Positions 19,074 through 28,355 are shown, counted from the stretch's first letter. The stretch is 59,601 nucleotides of DNA from Candidatus Thorarchaeota archaeon (GCA_046482545.1 JAWOEX010000008.1:1-59601); one strand, 5' to 3'. Notes: generated by a model from the letters alone, not told the origin. Numbers and translations: made by a program.

Positions 19074-20708
19074 ATGAGTCAAGCCATCAAGCAAAACAAA
19101 TACTTCCTAACTACCGTCATTCTGAGTATTATTCTCTTCAGCATGACTTTCGGAAATCTACCCGGCCCCTCCACAGAAACAGGGACAGTGGATGTAAACG
19201 GGGAGAGCTATGATTTCAGCAAATATGGAGCTGTGAATAAAGAGCAACTGGCTCTCTTCAATTATCTCAACACACTTGTTAGCCGTGAATATCAGGAATA
19301 CGGTGAATGGGAGGGATGGTACGCTGAGGATTTCCATGGCCTTCATCATTATGTTCTGGCTTTCATGGATTATGCAGTTTCCAGTTTGTTCGAAACTACT
19401 CCGGGGTATCGCACAGATCACTACCAAGGGTTTGCCTATGATCTCGTTAAGAAGATGAACACGACAGAAGACGTTTGGGGCAACAACAGCATAGAATGGA
19501 AGGAGTGGACGCACCCAAGCTACAACTATGTTGATTATTACTATCCGAATAGCACACATCCAGATGGCGATGATATTTACACTGGTGGTTTCCGAGGACC
19601 TGCGAACATCATGTGGACAGGACACTACGCACTGATGATGTCCCTTTATGAACGTTCATTCAAGACTGGGGAGATGACGGATGAAATCTCATGGTTCGTT
19701 GAAGACTGGAACAATTCTTTGACAACTGATGGTCTTGGCAATCCGAAAGAAGGCGGCATATGGGGTGTCGGCCTTATTCCCTGCGAGCCATACATTGTTT
19801 TTGTTCAATGCAACAGCATACCGATCTATACAACGGAGCTCTACGATAACATGTACGGGACCCCGTACATGGAAAGCGGTATGTGGGATGCCGGTGTGGA
19901 ATATGCTAACGAAGTTATGCAAGATGAGTATGACTTGTTCACTGATGGCTACTTCGTACAAGAACAATTCGGTCACGTTTACTCTGAAGAGCGATTACCT
20001 GACGAATACCCTGGGCCGCAGATGTCATTCTATGTTGACGACAAACCGAAGGTATCCTCCTATTGCGATGCTTGGGCACTATCATTCTTGGAGTATACAC
20101 AGCCCGAGAAAACCGCGGAAGACTATCCTGTCTTTATGAAGCATTTCAAGAAAGATATATCCAGTGACCAATGCTACATGATGGACACGTATAATAATCC
20201 TGATGGCTTTGGCACCTACGATATCTTGGGTAGTTTGTTCTCAATGGCACTCACCAAGCAACAGGGTGATTTTGTAACTCTGGAGCGTTTGATGAATTTT
20301 CTTTACGGTTCATACAACAAAATATGGGATGGGCGGAAGATGCATTTCGACACCATGAGTCTGGAGCCCTTTCTTCAACCTGTGCTTGCATTTGGCTGGC
20401 TTTGGGCAACCACACCGGTCACGGTGAAAGACTTGGCAGAAGCGAGACCAGCAGGGTTCTGGGGTTATCCGTATATCAGCGAGGCCGACGATGACAATAT
20501 CTGGGTCTATCAGGCTGAGTGGGATCCAGATAGAGAAGGCTTCATTCTAAATGTCGAAGTAGAAGAACAAGCTACTATCACATTCAGCAATTTCGACCAC
20601 GAGCCAGTTCCGCATCATAATGGAGCTCCCCTTCAGGAAATGACACAACAGAACGGAGACTGGGTGTTGACATTAGATCCAGGATCATATCAGTTGGTGA
20701 TAACATGA
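19074..20708 (+). CDS. Linalool dehydratase/isomerase (Ldi/LinD) family protein, N-terminally anchored or exported, with a C-terminal beta extension
   Basis: YVLAFMDYA, NIMWTGHYALM, IPCEPYIVFVQCNS, YD..YGT and KPKVSSYCDAWAL match, in order, the LinD motifs YSIAFYAYG, NIMYKGHLNLM, IVCEPDNYFVQCNS, YDRLHGT and KPWISAYTTAWTL (LinD recalled from memory). Confidence 0.85.
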   Translation: MSQAIKQNKYFLTTVILSIILFSMTFGNLPGPSTETGTVDVNGESYDFSKYGAVNKEQLALFNYLNTLVSREYQEYGEWEGWYAEDFHGLHHYVLAFMDYAVSSLFETTPGYRTDHYQGFAYDLVKKMNTTEDVWGNNSIEWKEWTHPSYNYVDYYYPNSTHPDGDDIYTGGFRGPANIMWTGHYALMMSLYERSFKTGEMTDEISWFVEDWNNSLTTDGLGNPKEGGIWGVGLIPCEPYIVFVQCNSIPIYTTELYDNMYGTPYMESGMWDAGVEYANEVMQDEYDLFTDGYFVQEQFGHVYSEERLPDEYPGPQMSFYVDDKPKVSSYCDAWALSFLEYTQPEKTAEDYPVFMKHFKKDISSDQCYMMDTYNNPDGFGTYDILGSLFSMALTKQQGDFVTLERLMNFLYGSYNKIWDGRKMHFDTMSLEPFLQPVLAFGWLWATTPVTVKDLAEARPAGFWGYPYISEADDDNIWVYQAEWDPDREGFILNVEVEEQATITFSNFDHEPVPHHNGAPLQEMTQQNGDWVLTLDPGSYQLVIT

Positions 20709-21319
20709 ACGCAGATTCCGAAACATCCAGTGACGACATTCAGATATCGCAAATCATTCACAGACTGAATATTGATTCAGCAAAAGAGGCGGCTGTAACG
20801 TTAACAATCGCGGCGGTCGGAATGGTGCTTTACGCAACTCTAACAGCAATTCCATGGCCATACACAATGATAAGCCTGTTCAAGTTGGGAATCCTTCCAT
20901 CCTTAGCCGTTATATCTACCATTGGAGCGATTCGTGGCCCGATAGCTGGATTTCTGACTGGGTATCTAGGAGAAATCCTAGCAGGACTTCTGCTCAATGG
21001 CACAATTCTTCTGGGTACAGCTCCCGCAGCGGCATTTGGCGTGTGCGGACTGGTCGTTGGAATTCTCTCATATGACTTTAGCCGTGGAAGGTCTCTCGGG
21101 AAACTATCATTCATGTCTGCTTTTGGCTTCGTACTGACTACGCTGCTGGTAACGGTCCTAAGCCTGTTCGTTGAAGTAACGGCTCCAATGGCCGCAATTG
21201 GGTTCTTGCTCTTGCCCTATATGACTGTTGGACTACCGACAATGATTTTGCTCAGCCCCGTCTATGCACGTATATGGCATCTCTCCATGTCCAGGTTTTT
21301 CCCCCGTCATCTCAAATAG
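20705..21319 (+). CDS. ECF transporter S-component family protein
   Basis: GAIRGPIAGFLTGYLGEILAGLL pattern, about 5-6 TMs, ATGA overlap with the Ldi gene. Confidence 0.7.
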   Translation: MNADSETSSDDIQISQIIHRLNIDSAKEAAVTLTIAAVGMVLYATLTAIPWPYTMISLFKLGILPSLAVISTIGAIRGPIAGFLTGYLGEILAGLLLNGTILLGTAPAAAFGVCGLVVGILSYDFSRGRSLGKLSFMSAFGFVLTTLLVTVLSLFVEVTAPMAAIGFLLLPYMTVGLPTMILLSPVYARIWHLSMSRFFPRHLK

Positions 21320-21345
21320 CAAAAGGGTATACTGGTGGGAAATGG

Positions 21346-22056
21346 TCAGAAACATCTGTTTGCTTTCCTCCGAATTGACCATTCGAGGGCAATGGACATG
21401 CTAAGAGGAATCAATCCGGCCCCAAGTACGAGTGGTGAAAAGATTCCCAATCCTGCGCTTGCTGCGAATGTAACAAGCAGTACGATCCCCCACATGATAA
21501 TATTGCCATAAGCAGCCTGCGCTGGCAGTATTGGCTGTAGTGCTTTTCTTTGGATGTGAGATATGCTAAAGAAACCGACTACCAGCAGTCCAGTGCCGAT
21601 TAATAACGACTGAAAGGCACTAATTGCATCTAAGTTCATCAAAACAGCTACATCACCAAAAGGAAAGACACCTCCTACAACTAGGTATCCTGCAGCATTC
21701 ACTAAACACCAGAATGCGAGCCAAGTCAAGGGAATCGTATATTTCCAGTTGGGTTGAAAAACGAGGAGAATGATCTGCAACAAGAGCGATGTCAATGCAG
21801 TAACAAGTATGCCGCCCCCGTAGAGTAATACCAATTGTGATGTGTCCAGAGACGGAATAGACCATGATATGTGGGATAGCTCGTATGGCCAGAATACACT
21901 AAGATAGACATTGCGAATTGAACCCCCAAGCAGAAGTACAAAGAACCCATGGCCAAGAATCTCATGAAACGCTTCTGAAACAATCTTCATGAAGATCATG
22001 GAAGCTATGACGAGAATGATTAGATTCCTCTTCTCCTTGTTTTGGGTTTTCATCAA
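21346..22056 (-). CDS. M50-like membrane metallopeptidase
   Basis: HEILGH in the first TM, GGI-L-V, GY...GD third-ligand motif, multiple TMs. Confidence 0.6.
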   Translation of the reverse strand: MMKTQNKEKRNLIILVIASMIFMKIVSEAFHEILGHGFFVLLLGGSIRNVYLSVFWPYELSHISWSIPSLDTSQLVLLYGGGILVTALTSLLLQIILLVFQPNWKYTIPLTWLAFWCLVNAAGYLVVGGVFPFGDVAVLMNLDAISAFQSLLIGTGLLVVGFFSISHIQRKALQPILPAQAAYGNIIMWGIVLLVTFAASAGLGIFSPLVLGAGLIPLSMSIALEWSIRRKANRCF

Positions 22057-22196
22057 ATATCATCTTCAATCGAAGCTTTGTATTACTTTATGATCGAATA
22101 AATATCTGAATTGGTATCTCAGCAAGCTCGAAAAAGAGGTACTGCTACAAAGAAGAATCTCAGCATGCCCTTCTACAGTATTGAACAATCTCGTGT

Positions 22197-22577
22197 TCAG
22201 TAGCTAAGGCTTTGTTTATGCGCTTGATCCGCCCACAGCTTGCGGTAAAAATAAAAATATTCGAAGAGTGCCGGAACATCATCACAGAACAGGATTTCAT
22301 GTTCCCGGATTACATTCATTTTCATATGAAGAGGAAGCTCTTCAAACAACCTTACATCGTATTTGTCAGCATTAATTCTCTTCCAGATTCTTCCGAGCAA
22401 ATCCGCTTTCTCTTTTGGTGTCTGAGCGTCTGGAGCAACCACGCAGAGATCAATATCGCTTTGGGGAGTCATTTCACCCCGCACATAAGAGCCAAACAGC
22501 AGTACACCTTGAATAGAACTCAAATCACTTAGCCATTCAAGTTCGTGTCTTATTTGTGGAAGGTCTGGGACATCCAT
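22197..22577 (-). CDS. MNT (minimal nucleotidyltransferase) antitoxin, MntA-like
   Basis: LFGSYVRG...SDIDL (GSx10DxD). Confidence 0.9.
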   Translation of the reverse strand: MDVPDLPQIRHELEWLSDLSSIQGVLLFGSYVRGEMTPQSDIDLCVVAPDAQTPKEKADLLGRIWKRINADKYDVRLFEELPLHMKMNVIREHEILFCDDVPALFEYFYFYRKLWADQAHKQSLSY

Positions 22578-22981
22578 GTTTCTACCTCCTCTATGTATTT
22601 CTCCATTTGTGGAAGGGTTCGTTTCACGCTTCGAATTAGTAAATCAATATCTAAATCATTGTATATGTGTACTATTCGATTTCTAAGGCCATTAGCTTCT
22701 CTAAGAACATCAGCTGATTCCGGAGAAATGATGTGATTATCTTTTGCCATCTTGACATTTGAGTAATTATCCATAGGTGGCAATTCGTTGTCTTTCAGCA
22801 TCATAGCTAGGATATCGGTTGAAACTTCGACAACTTCTTGGTACGCCTTTTGGATTATGAGTAGGGTTTCTGTATCGTTGAAATCGCTACCTGATTGAAG
22901 TTTCTGATTTAGTAGGGAAATCCGCATTCTACCGTGGTTAATCTTCTGCATGTATCTCTTGCGGCGGATTTCATTCGACAT
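22550..22981 (-). CDS. HEPN (DUF86/HepT-like) ribonuclease toxin
   Basis: LRNRIVHIY (Rx4H plus Tyr). Overlaps the MNT gene. Confidence 0.88.
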   Translation of the reverse strand: MSNEIRRKRYMQKINHGRMRISLLNQKLQSGSDFNDTETLLIIQKAYQEVVEVSTDILAMMLKDNELPPMDNYSNVKMAKDNHIISPESADVLREANGLRNRIVHIYNDLDIDLLIRSVKRTLPQMEKYIEEVETWMSQTFHK

Positions 22982-23107
22982 ATAGCTTAGACTCTCAGAT
23001 AGATAGTGCCTTTTGTCATTTTTTATCTTCTGCTTTTTTCGGAAACGCCCGGTAGTTCAAATCCTACCTCCGTCATCTTAATTGCTCTTCACGTTATATG
23101 TAGATAC

Positions 23108-23578
23108 ATGCCAGAATTTCCTGAGGTAGTCTGACAAGATCTCTTTGGAAACGAGATTATAGTTCCTTCGCAGCTGAGAAAAGAATTTAGTATTCTCTTG
23201 GTCGCTTTTCAACGATGGCGCCAAAATTTAGTCAATTCATGGGTTCCACCTTTGAAGGAGCTTGTCGAGAAGTACTCAAACACCGAGTTCTACGAATTAC
23301 CCACAATCCGAGAAATGAATCCTATCTACAGGTTCTTCATCAACCATGGCATGAAAGCAGGGATTCCTTCCGAAGAAACTCGGGGCCGCACCATTACACT
23401 CTACTTTGACAAAGATTCGTTTACTGATAACCTCGGAATAACTGATGAAAGCAAGATATACATCTATCTCGTGAAGCAGGATGGCCAAATTCTGTGGCAG
23501 AATAATGGACCCTTTGCAGAGAAAGAGAGAAATTCTCTGGAAGGCGTGCTGAAGAATGCAATTCAGAAGGAGCTTTAG
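23108..23578 (+). pseudogene. ATP10-like thioredoxin-fold protein with an in-frame TGA at codon 9
   Basis: ATG at 23108 gives MPEFPEVV*QDLFGNEIIVPSQL...LLVAFQRWRQNLVNSWVP, in frame with the 23198 ORF. GMKAGIP..TITLY..F...LGI..YLV..G.ILW..G pattern. Confidence 0.6.
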
Positions 23579-23597
23579 ATGGTGATTCTCGAACTCA

Positions 23598-24227
23598 TCA
23601 AATATTGTCTTCAGGAGCGGTTTTCTGCCGAATCGCAAGTTCGTGAATTTGACTGCCTTTTTCTGTCAGTTTCATCGCTTTATCGAAGTATGCATTTGCT
23701 TCCTCCTTCCGTTTAATTCGCCTGTTAATCTCCCCTCTTAGGTATTCTATTGTGGCCCTTTGCTCTGGGGGCACAAGATGCTGCTTGGAGGCTTTATCAA
23801 AGTAATCCAGTGCTTTCAAAGCATACTCTCTTTCTTTTCCTTTATCGGGAGCCCACCAGTAAGCTCTGACCCATCCGTTAGCCAGATCGAATGCATCATC
23901 GTCTATAACTCCATGTTTTGTAAGTAGCTCCCAAAAAGTCATCGCACGCTCGATTTTGTCAGACAGTGTTTGTATTTCGGAAATTTCCCAATTCTCTAGA
24001 TCCGCTATGAATTCAGAATTCTCAATGGTTAGATCAAAGGCTGGTTGAGTTCCACAAAAGCCGCAGGATGGACATACATGATAAAAGAACTCTACGGGGC
24101 TGGCCCCCCAGTAATTTGGCCTGAAATCGGATCTCTTAGATGCAAAACTACAGCTAGCAACAGCATTGCTTTCGAATTCTGACCCACAAATAGGACAATT
24201 TAGAGAAATGGGTGAAAATGTGGTCAT
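23598..24227 (-). CDS. DUF2225 family protein (Zn-finger plus TPR-like helices)
   Basis: CPICG...SDFRPNY...CPSCGF and YLRGEINRRI..EA..YF. Confidence 0.8.
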   Translation of the reverse strand: MTTFSPISLNCPICGSEFESNAVASCSFASKRSDFRPNYWGASPVEFFYHVCPSCGFCGTQPAFDLTIENSEFIADLENWEISEIQTLSDKIERAMTFWELLTKHGVIDDDAFDLANGWVRAYWWAPDKGKEREYALKALDYFDKASKQHLVPPEQRATIEYLRGEINRRIKRKEEANAYFDKAMKLTEKGSQIHELAIRQKTAPEDNI

Positions 24228-24612
24228 GGAACCAGAATAAGCAAGCAACCATAAAAATCACCCTACGATATATCTACTCTCAAAGGCAAACATGTTTTTG
24301 ACTCCGTACGTGTCAATGTAAAAGCCTACGCAATGTTCTAGTTGCTAGTGTAGGACACGAGATTTCTGGTTTCTATTCACACATTACCTGCATATTTTGC
24401 TATCAGCTCCTATTTCAACAAATTCGACGAGATGAAGAATTGTTTACAAAGAGCGGACAAATTGAATACTATAGAGCACAAAACAAAGATTATCGGAAAT
24501 CCTGTCTGAAAACAAAAGCTAAGACTAATTTATCGGAGCGTACAAGGTAGAGAATGCCATATCAACAGAGATGAATCTAATTAGAGCCAATCTCATGTTG
24601 TTATACAAATGA

Positions 24613-25014
24613 GTGGTTGAAAGCATCCCATTTGGTGTAGATAAGATGAAGGCTGTTCGTCGTCGACCTGGAGACTTCTTCGGATTGATCATCTATACAA
24701 TGCTTGTTCAGAAAATGAAACAGGATTCTAAATGCCCATCTTTTCAAAATTGGAACATGAAAGTGGTTCTGATTACCGATTATTACCCATTGACTCTCTA
24801 CTTTGATAATGGCCTAGAATTTCAAAAAGGTGAAATAGACGAACCTGATATCAAATTGCATTTCAGTTTCTATACCATGGTACAGATTATCAAAGGGACA
24901 AGAGGCATACTGAGCGCGATCCTAAGCGGCGATATACGAACTGAAGGTATTCTACAACATCCAATAGCAGGTTACCGGTTATACAAACTAATGCGCTGTA
25001 TTATTGGGGAATGA
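24613..25014 (+). CDS. SCP2 (sterol carrier protein-2)-like lipid-binding protein
   Basis: GEIDEPDIKL..AILSGDIRTEG pattern typical of SCP2 domains. 3 nt from the next gene. Confidence 0.6.
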   Translation: MVESIPFGVDKMKAVRRRPGDFFGLIIYTMLVQKMKQDSKCPSFQNWNMKVVLITDYYPLTLYFDNGLEFQKGEIDEPDIKLHFSFYTMVQIIKGTRGILSAILSGDIRTEGILQHPIAGYRLYKLMRCIIGE

Positions 25015-25017
25015 GAC

Positions 25018-26466
25018 ATGACAATCAAAGCACGACTTATTGACATCGTGGGTACCAAGCATGTAACAGAAAATATTGCAGACAGGTACATCTACTCGTT
25101 CGATATGACCGAGAATCCTCCACAGAAGCCTGATTTCGTTGTTATGCCAACAAGTGTAGGTGAGATATGTGCTATTGTTCAACTTGCTAACGAAACACTG
25201 ACCCCTCTCGTTCCCTACGTTACGGGTCAGAATGTGGGTGGTCTAACAATCCCCCAAATTGAAGGTGCCATTGTTGTAGATCTACGGAGAATGAACAAGG
25301 TCCTAGAGATTGACAAAGAAGCAATGTATGTCTTAGTGGAACCAGGTGTTACGTTCGGCCATTTGAAGAGAACATTGGAGAGCAAAGCCCCCGGCTTTCG
25401 TTATACATATCCTTTGGCACCACCATACACATCAGTTGTGGCCAATGCACTCCTGCAGGGTCTTTGTGATTTATCAACCCAACATGGTGCAATGGCTGAT
25501 TTCATCAATGGTCTTGAATCTGTCTTGCCAACTGGCGAAATAGTTCGGGTTGGTTCTGGTATCCTTGGTGAAAACAATTGGTTCGGACGATATCCTTTGC
25601 CTGATTTGGTCGGGCTCTTCTCAGGATGGCAAGGGATGAGTGGCATCGTCACGAAGATGGCTCTGAAGATTTGGACCAAGCCCAAGCATAAGAGACACGT
25701 TGCTTTGTTCACGTTTGGAGAACATGAGACAACAAATCTTCTCAAACAGATTGCTGCAACTCGGGTGATTGAAGATGCTGACTGCATGTCAATTTCCATC
25801 GTCAAAATGCTCCTTGGAGTAGATTACCCGGTTAGAGTTCTTGAGGGGGAGCCCGATTACGGAACAGTCCTTGCTGTTTCTGGAAGCACCGAAACAGAAG
25901 TTTCGGAAAAAATGTCAGTTATACAGCAATTGGTTGACAACGCCAATAAATGCGGTGAAAAACATCTTCTCATTGACTGGGACACTGTTGCCAAAATGAT
26001 GGGCGATCAAGCCCGTTCGTGGATTGACTTTCCATCAGATGCGTTCAAGGTGCTTACTGAATTTGACGGCCTTACTTGGTGCGGTACGTATATTCATCCC
26101 CAGCACTGGGGAAAAGCCTTGGCAAGTGGCCGTTCAATTGTTGAAGAATACGGTTTCGAATTAATGGCATTCTTAAAGCCGATGCATGGCATGCATTTTG
26201 CTGAGTTCAAATTCATTATCCGCTTTGAGAAAAAGCCAAGTGTTGTAGAGAAGGTTCGTCAGTGCAACATTGAGCTTCTCGATTTCGCTTTGGATCTTGG
26301 AGCAATCCCTTACAAAACGCCTGTATGGGCGGCTAAGAAGCTGCACAAGAGAATCGATCCGGGTTATTTGAAACTGCTGAAAAAACTGCGTCGCTTTTTG
26401 GACCCAAACGGAATCATGAATCCAGGGAGGTGGGCTATAGCGGACGAGCAAGAAGCTGAATCATAG
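25018..26466 (+). CDS. FAD-binding oxidoreductase (GlcD/VAO-PCMH superfamily)
   Basis: PDFVVMP, VDLRRMNKVLEID, VEPGVT, GLESVLPTG, GIVTK and C-terminal LDPNGIMNPG. Confidence 0.9.
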   Translation: MTIKARLIDIVGTKHVTENIADRYIYSFDMTENPPQKPDFVVMPTSVGEICAIVQLANETLTPLVPYVTGQNVGGLTIPQIEGAIVVDLRRMNKVLEIDKEAMYVLVEPGVTFGHLKRTLESKAPGFRYTYPLAPPYTSVVANALLQGLCDLSTQHGAMADFINGLESVLPTGEIVRVGSGILGENNWFGRYPLPDLVGLFSGWQGMSGIVTKMALKIWTKPKHKRHVALFTFGEHETTNLLKQIAATRVIEDADCMSISIVKMLLGVDYPVRVLEGEPDYGTVLAVSGSTETEVSEKMSVIQQLVDNANKCGEKHLLIDWDTVAKMMGDQARSWIDFPSDAFKVLTEFDGLTWCGTYIHPQHWGKALASGRSIVEEYGFELMAFLKPMHGMHFAEFKFIIRFEKKPSVVEKVRQCNIELLDFALDLGAIPYKTPVWAAKKLHKRIDPGYLKLLKKLRRFLDPNGIMNPGRWAIADEQEAES

Positions 26467-26582
26467 CGTGGGTAAAGAAAATGGCTTCTACTCGTATCTC
26501 TCAATGAAAGATGTTTCGTTGTTAGAAGGCCCAAATCGCTTAATACTATTCGGTCTGTCTATGATGAGAGAAGGTTAGGTCA

Positions 26583-26981
26583 TTGATTCCTCAAGAAGAA
26601 ATCAAACAAAAGATTCTGGAACTTGACCCAGAACATGTTAATCTGATAGTATTGTTCGGCTCACAAGCTCGGGGAACGGCAACAGAAATGAGTGATTTGG
26701 ACGTCGCAGTTGACACGAGCGGGCTAAATCGCATGGAGAGATTTGATTTTAGACTGAAGGCAATCTCACAACTTGAGGGTCCTGAGCAGGATGTGGATAT
26801 AGCAGTTATTGAAGATGTCAACTGGTCCCTAAGATACAGAATTGCTCGTGATGGTAAGGTTCTCTACGATAAGACAGGAGATGACTGGTCTCGCTTTGTT
26901 GAAAGCGTGTTGAAATATTATCCTGATTACAAAATTTTCGAGGAACGTTTCCTTACAGATTCACTAGAGGGGGTTAGATAA
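26583..26981 (+). CDS. MNT antitoxin (MntA-like nucleotidyltransferase)
   Basis: LFGSQARG...SDLDVAV and IARDGKVLY. Confidence 0.9.
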   Translation: MIPQEEIKQKILELDPEHVNLIVLFGSQARGTATEMSDLDVAVDTSGLNRMERFDFRLKAISQLEGPEQDVDIAVIEDVNWSLRYRIARDGKVLYDKTGDDWSRFVESVLKYYPDYKIFEERFLTDSLEGVR

Positions 26982-27407
26982 TTGACCATTGATGAGAACA
27001 TGGTAAAACGGAAATTGGCACATATCTTAGAGGAGTGCAAATTCATCGACCAACTGGAAAGCATGTCAAAAGAAGACTTTGTCTCTGATGGAAGGAATCT
27101 AAGATCGTCAGCTAAGGCGATAGAGAATCTTGCACAATCAATATTGGACATTAGCAGTCACATAATTGCTCAGAACAATTGGGGTATCCCTGATACGTAC
27201 AAGGCGATGATTGGGCTACTGGATACTCATGATATCATTTCGGAGGAGCTTTCAGAGAATCTCAAGAATCTGGTCTCGATGAGGAACATACTTGTTCATC
27301 GATATGCAGATCCTGACTACGGTATTCTATGGAATTCTTTGAAACAAATATCATTAGATGCACGTTCTTTTGTGTCTTTGATGAGAGAATACTTGGAGAA
27401 GAACTAG
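26982..27407 (+). CDS. HEPN (DUF86/HepT-like) ribonuclease toxin
   Basis: MRNILVHRY (Rx4HxY). Abuts the MNT gene. Confidence 0.9.
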   Translation: MTIDENMVKRKLAHILEECKFIDQLESMSKEDFVSDGRNLRSSAKAIENLAQSILDISSHIIAQNNWGIPDTYKAMIGLLDTHDIISEELSENLKNLVSMRNILVHRYADPDYGILWNSLKQISLDARSFVSLMREYLEKN

Positions 27408-27452
27408 GGCCTTCGTATTATAATTCAGAAATACCTGCATGAAAGGGAACGC

Positions 27453-28355
27453 CTAGTACCCAGTATTCTCGACGGTTTGTAGAACTGGATAGATGATGAA
27501 AGCAGTGCCTATGATATAGAGAAGAAAAGAGGGATTCCAGAAGTAGAGATAGGTAGGGCCAACGAACATGAGAAATCCGATTGCCATGATCAGCCGATAA
27601 TGTGACGGCATAAGACGAATTGTGCCTGCAACTCTTTGGGCGGAATCGGGTACGAGTGCTTGGACCGCCATACCTATGGTTGAAACGAAGCACCAGACAA
27701 TTCGAAGAATGCTGACAGAGTTGACTGAGGGAATCCATTCAGGAAACCAGAATGCGCCCGCAACTTGAAGCGTTATGAAAAGTGTGGTGATACCGATAAC
27801 CAGCACATATGCGAGAAGCAAGTAAACCCAAGATGAATTCTTGGTTTTCGGATTTTTCGTTCCTACGAGTACAACCCACCCCAGAAGCACGAGAAGGATG
27901 TATCCAAATCCGTAGATGAACATAGTTGCCTTGCTCACTTTTACTACTGTCTTTCCCAGTGAAAGGATTCTAGCGAGGTCGGGTGTGGTAGATGTCGGGG
28001 TTGGAAGGAAGGCTACAGAAACGGTCGGAACAAAAAGGAAAACCAACCATATGAACGCCGCGAATTTACGAGTTGAAATATCAAGGGGGTCCGCTATGCG
28101 CGAAGCAGCCTTGTATATGCCTGTACCTCCGAAAAAGCAGTAAACTACGGACAAGGCAGCAGCTGTGCTTTGAAGAAGAAGCGATACCTGGTCCCACCAC
28201 ATAACCGTCAAGAAAATCAGAGCAACTACCACAATTCCTGGCCACTCTCTAGATTGATTTGTAGTGCTGTTCGTATGCCGACTCACTTGGGCGTGCACGC
28301 TCCATTTGTCACAGATTCCACAACTTGTAGACCAAGAGTTCCAATCTGGTGGCAA
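27453..28355 (-). CDS. Hypothetical multi-pass membrane protein (start uncertain)
   Basis: About 8 hydrophobic segments, no recognisable motif. Confidence 0.55.
   Translation of the reverse strand: MPPDWNSWSTSCGICDKWSVHAQVSRHTNSTTNQSREWPGIVVVALIFLTVMWWDQVSLLLQSTAAALSVVYCFFGGTGIYKAASRIADPLDISTRKFAAFIWLVFLFVPTVSVAFLPTPTSTTPDLARILSLGKTVVKVSKATMFIYGFGYILLVLLGWVVLVGTKNPKTKNSSWVYLLLAYVLVIGITTLFITLQVAGAFWFPEWIPSVNSVSILRIVWCFVSTIGMAVQALVPDSAQRVAGTIRLMPSHYRLIMAIGFLMFVGPTYLYFWNPSFLLYIIGTAFIIYPVLQTVENTGY

Noticed and set aside
23040-23080. Intact tRNA gene
   Set aside because: Only a T-arm/3'-like fragment with an imperfect stem is present, with no D-arm, anticodon arm or 5' acceptor strand.
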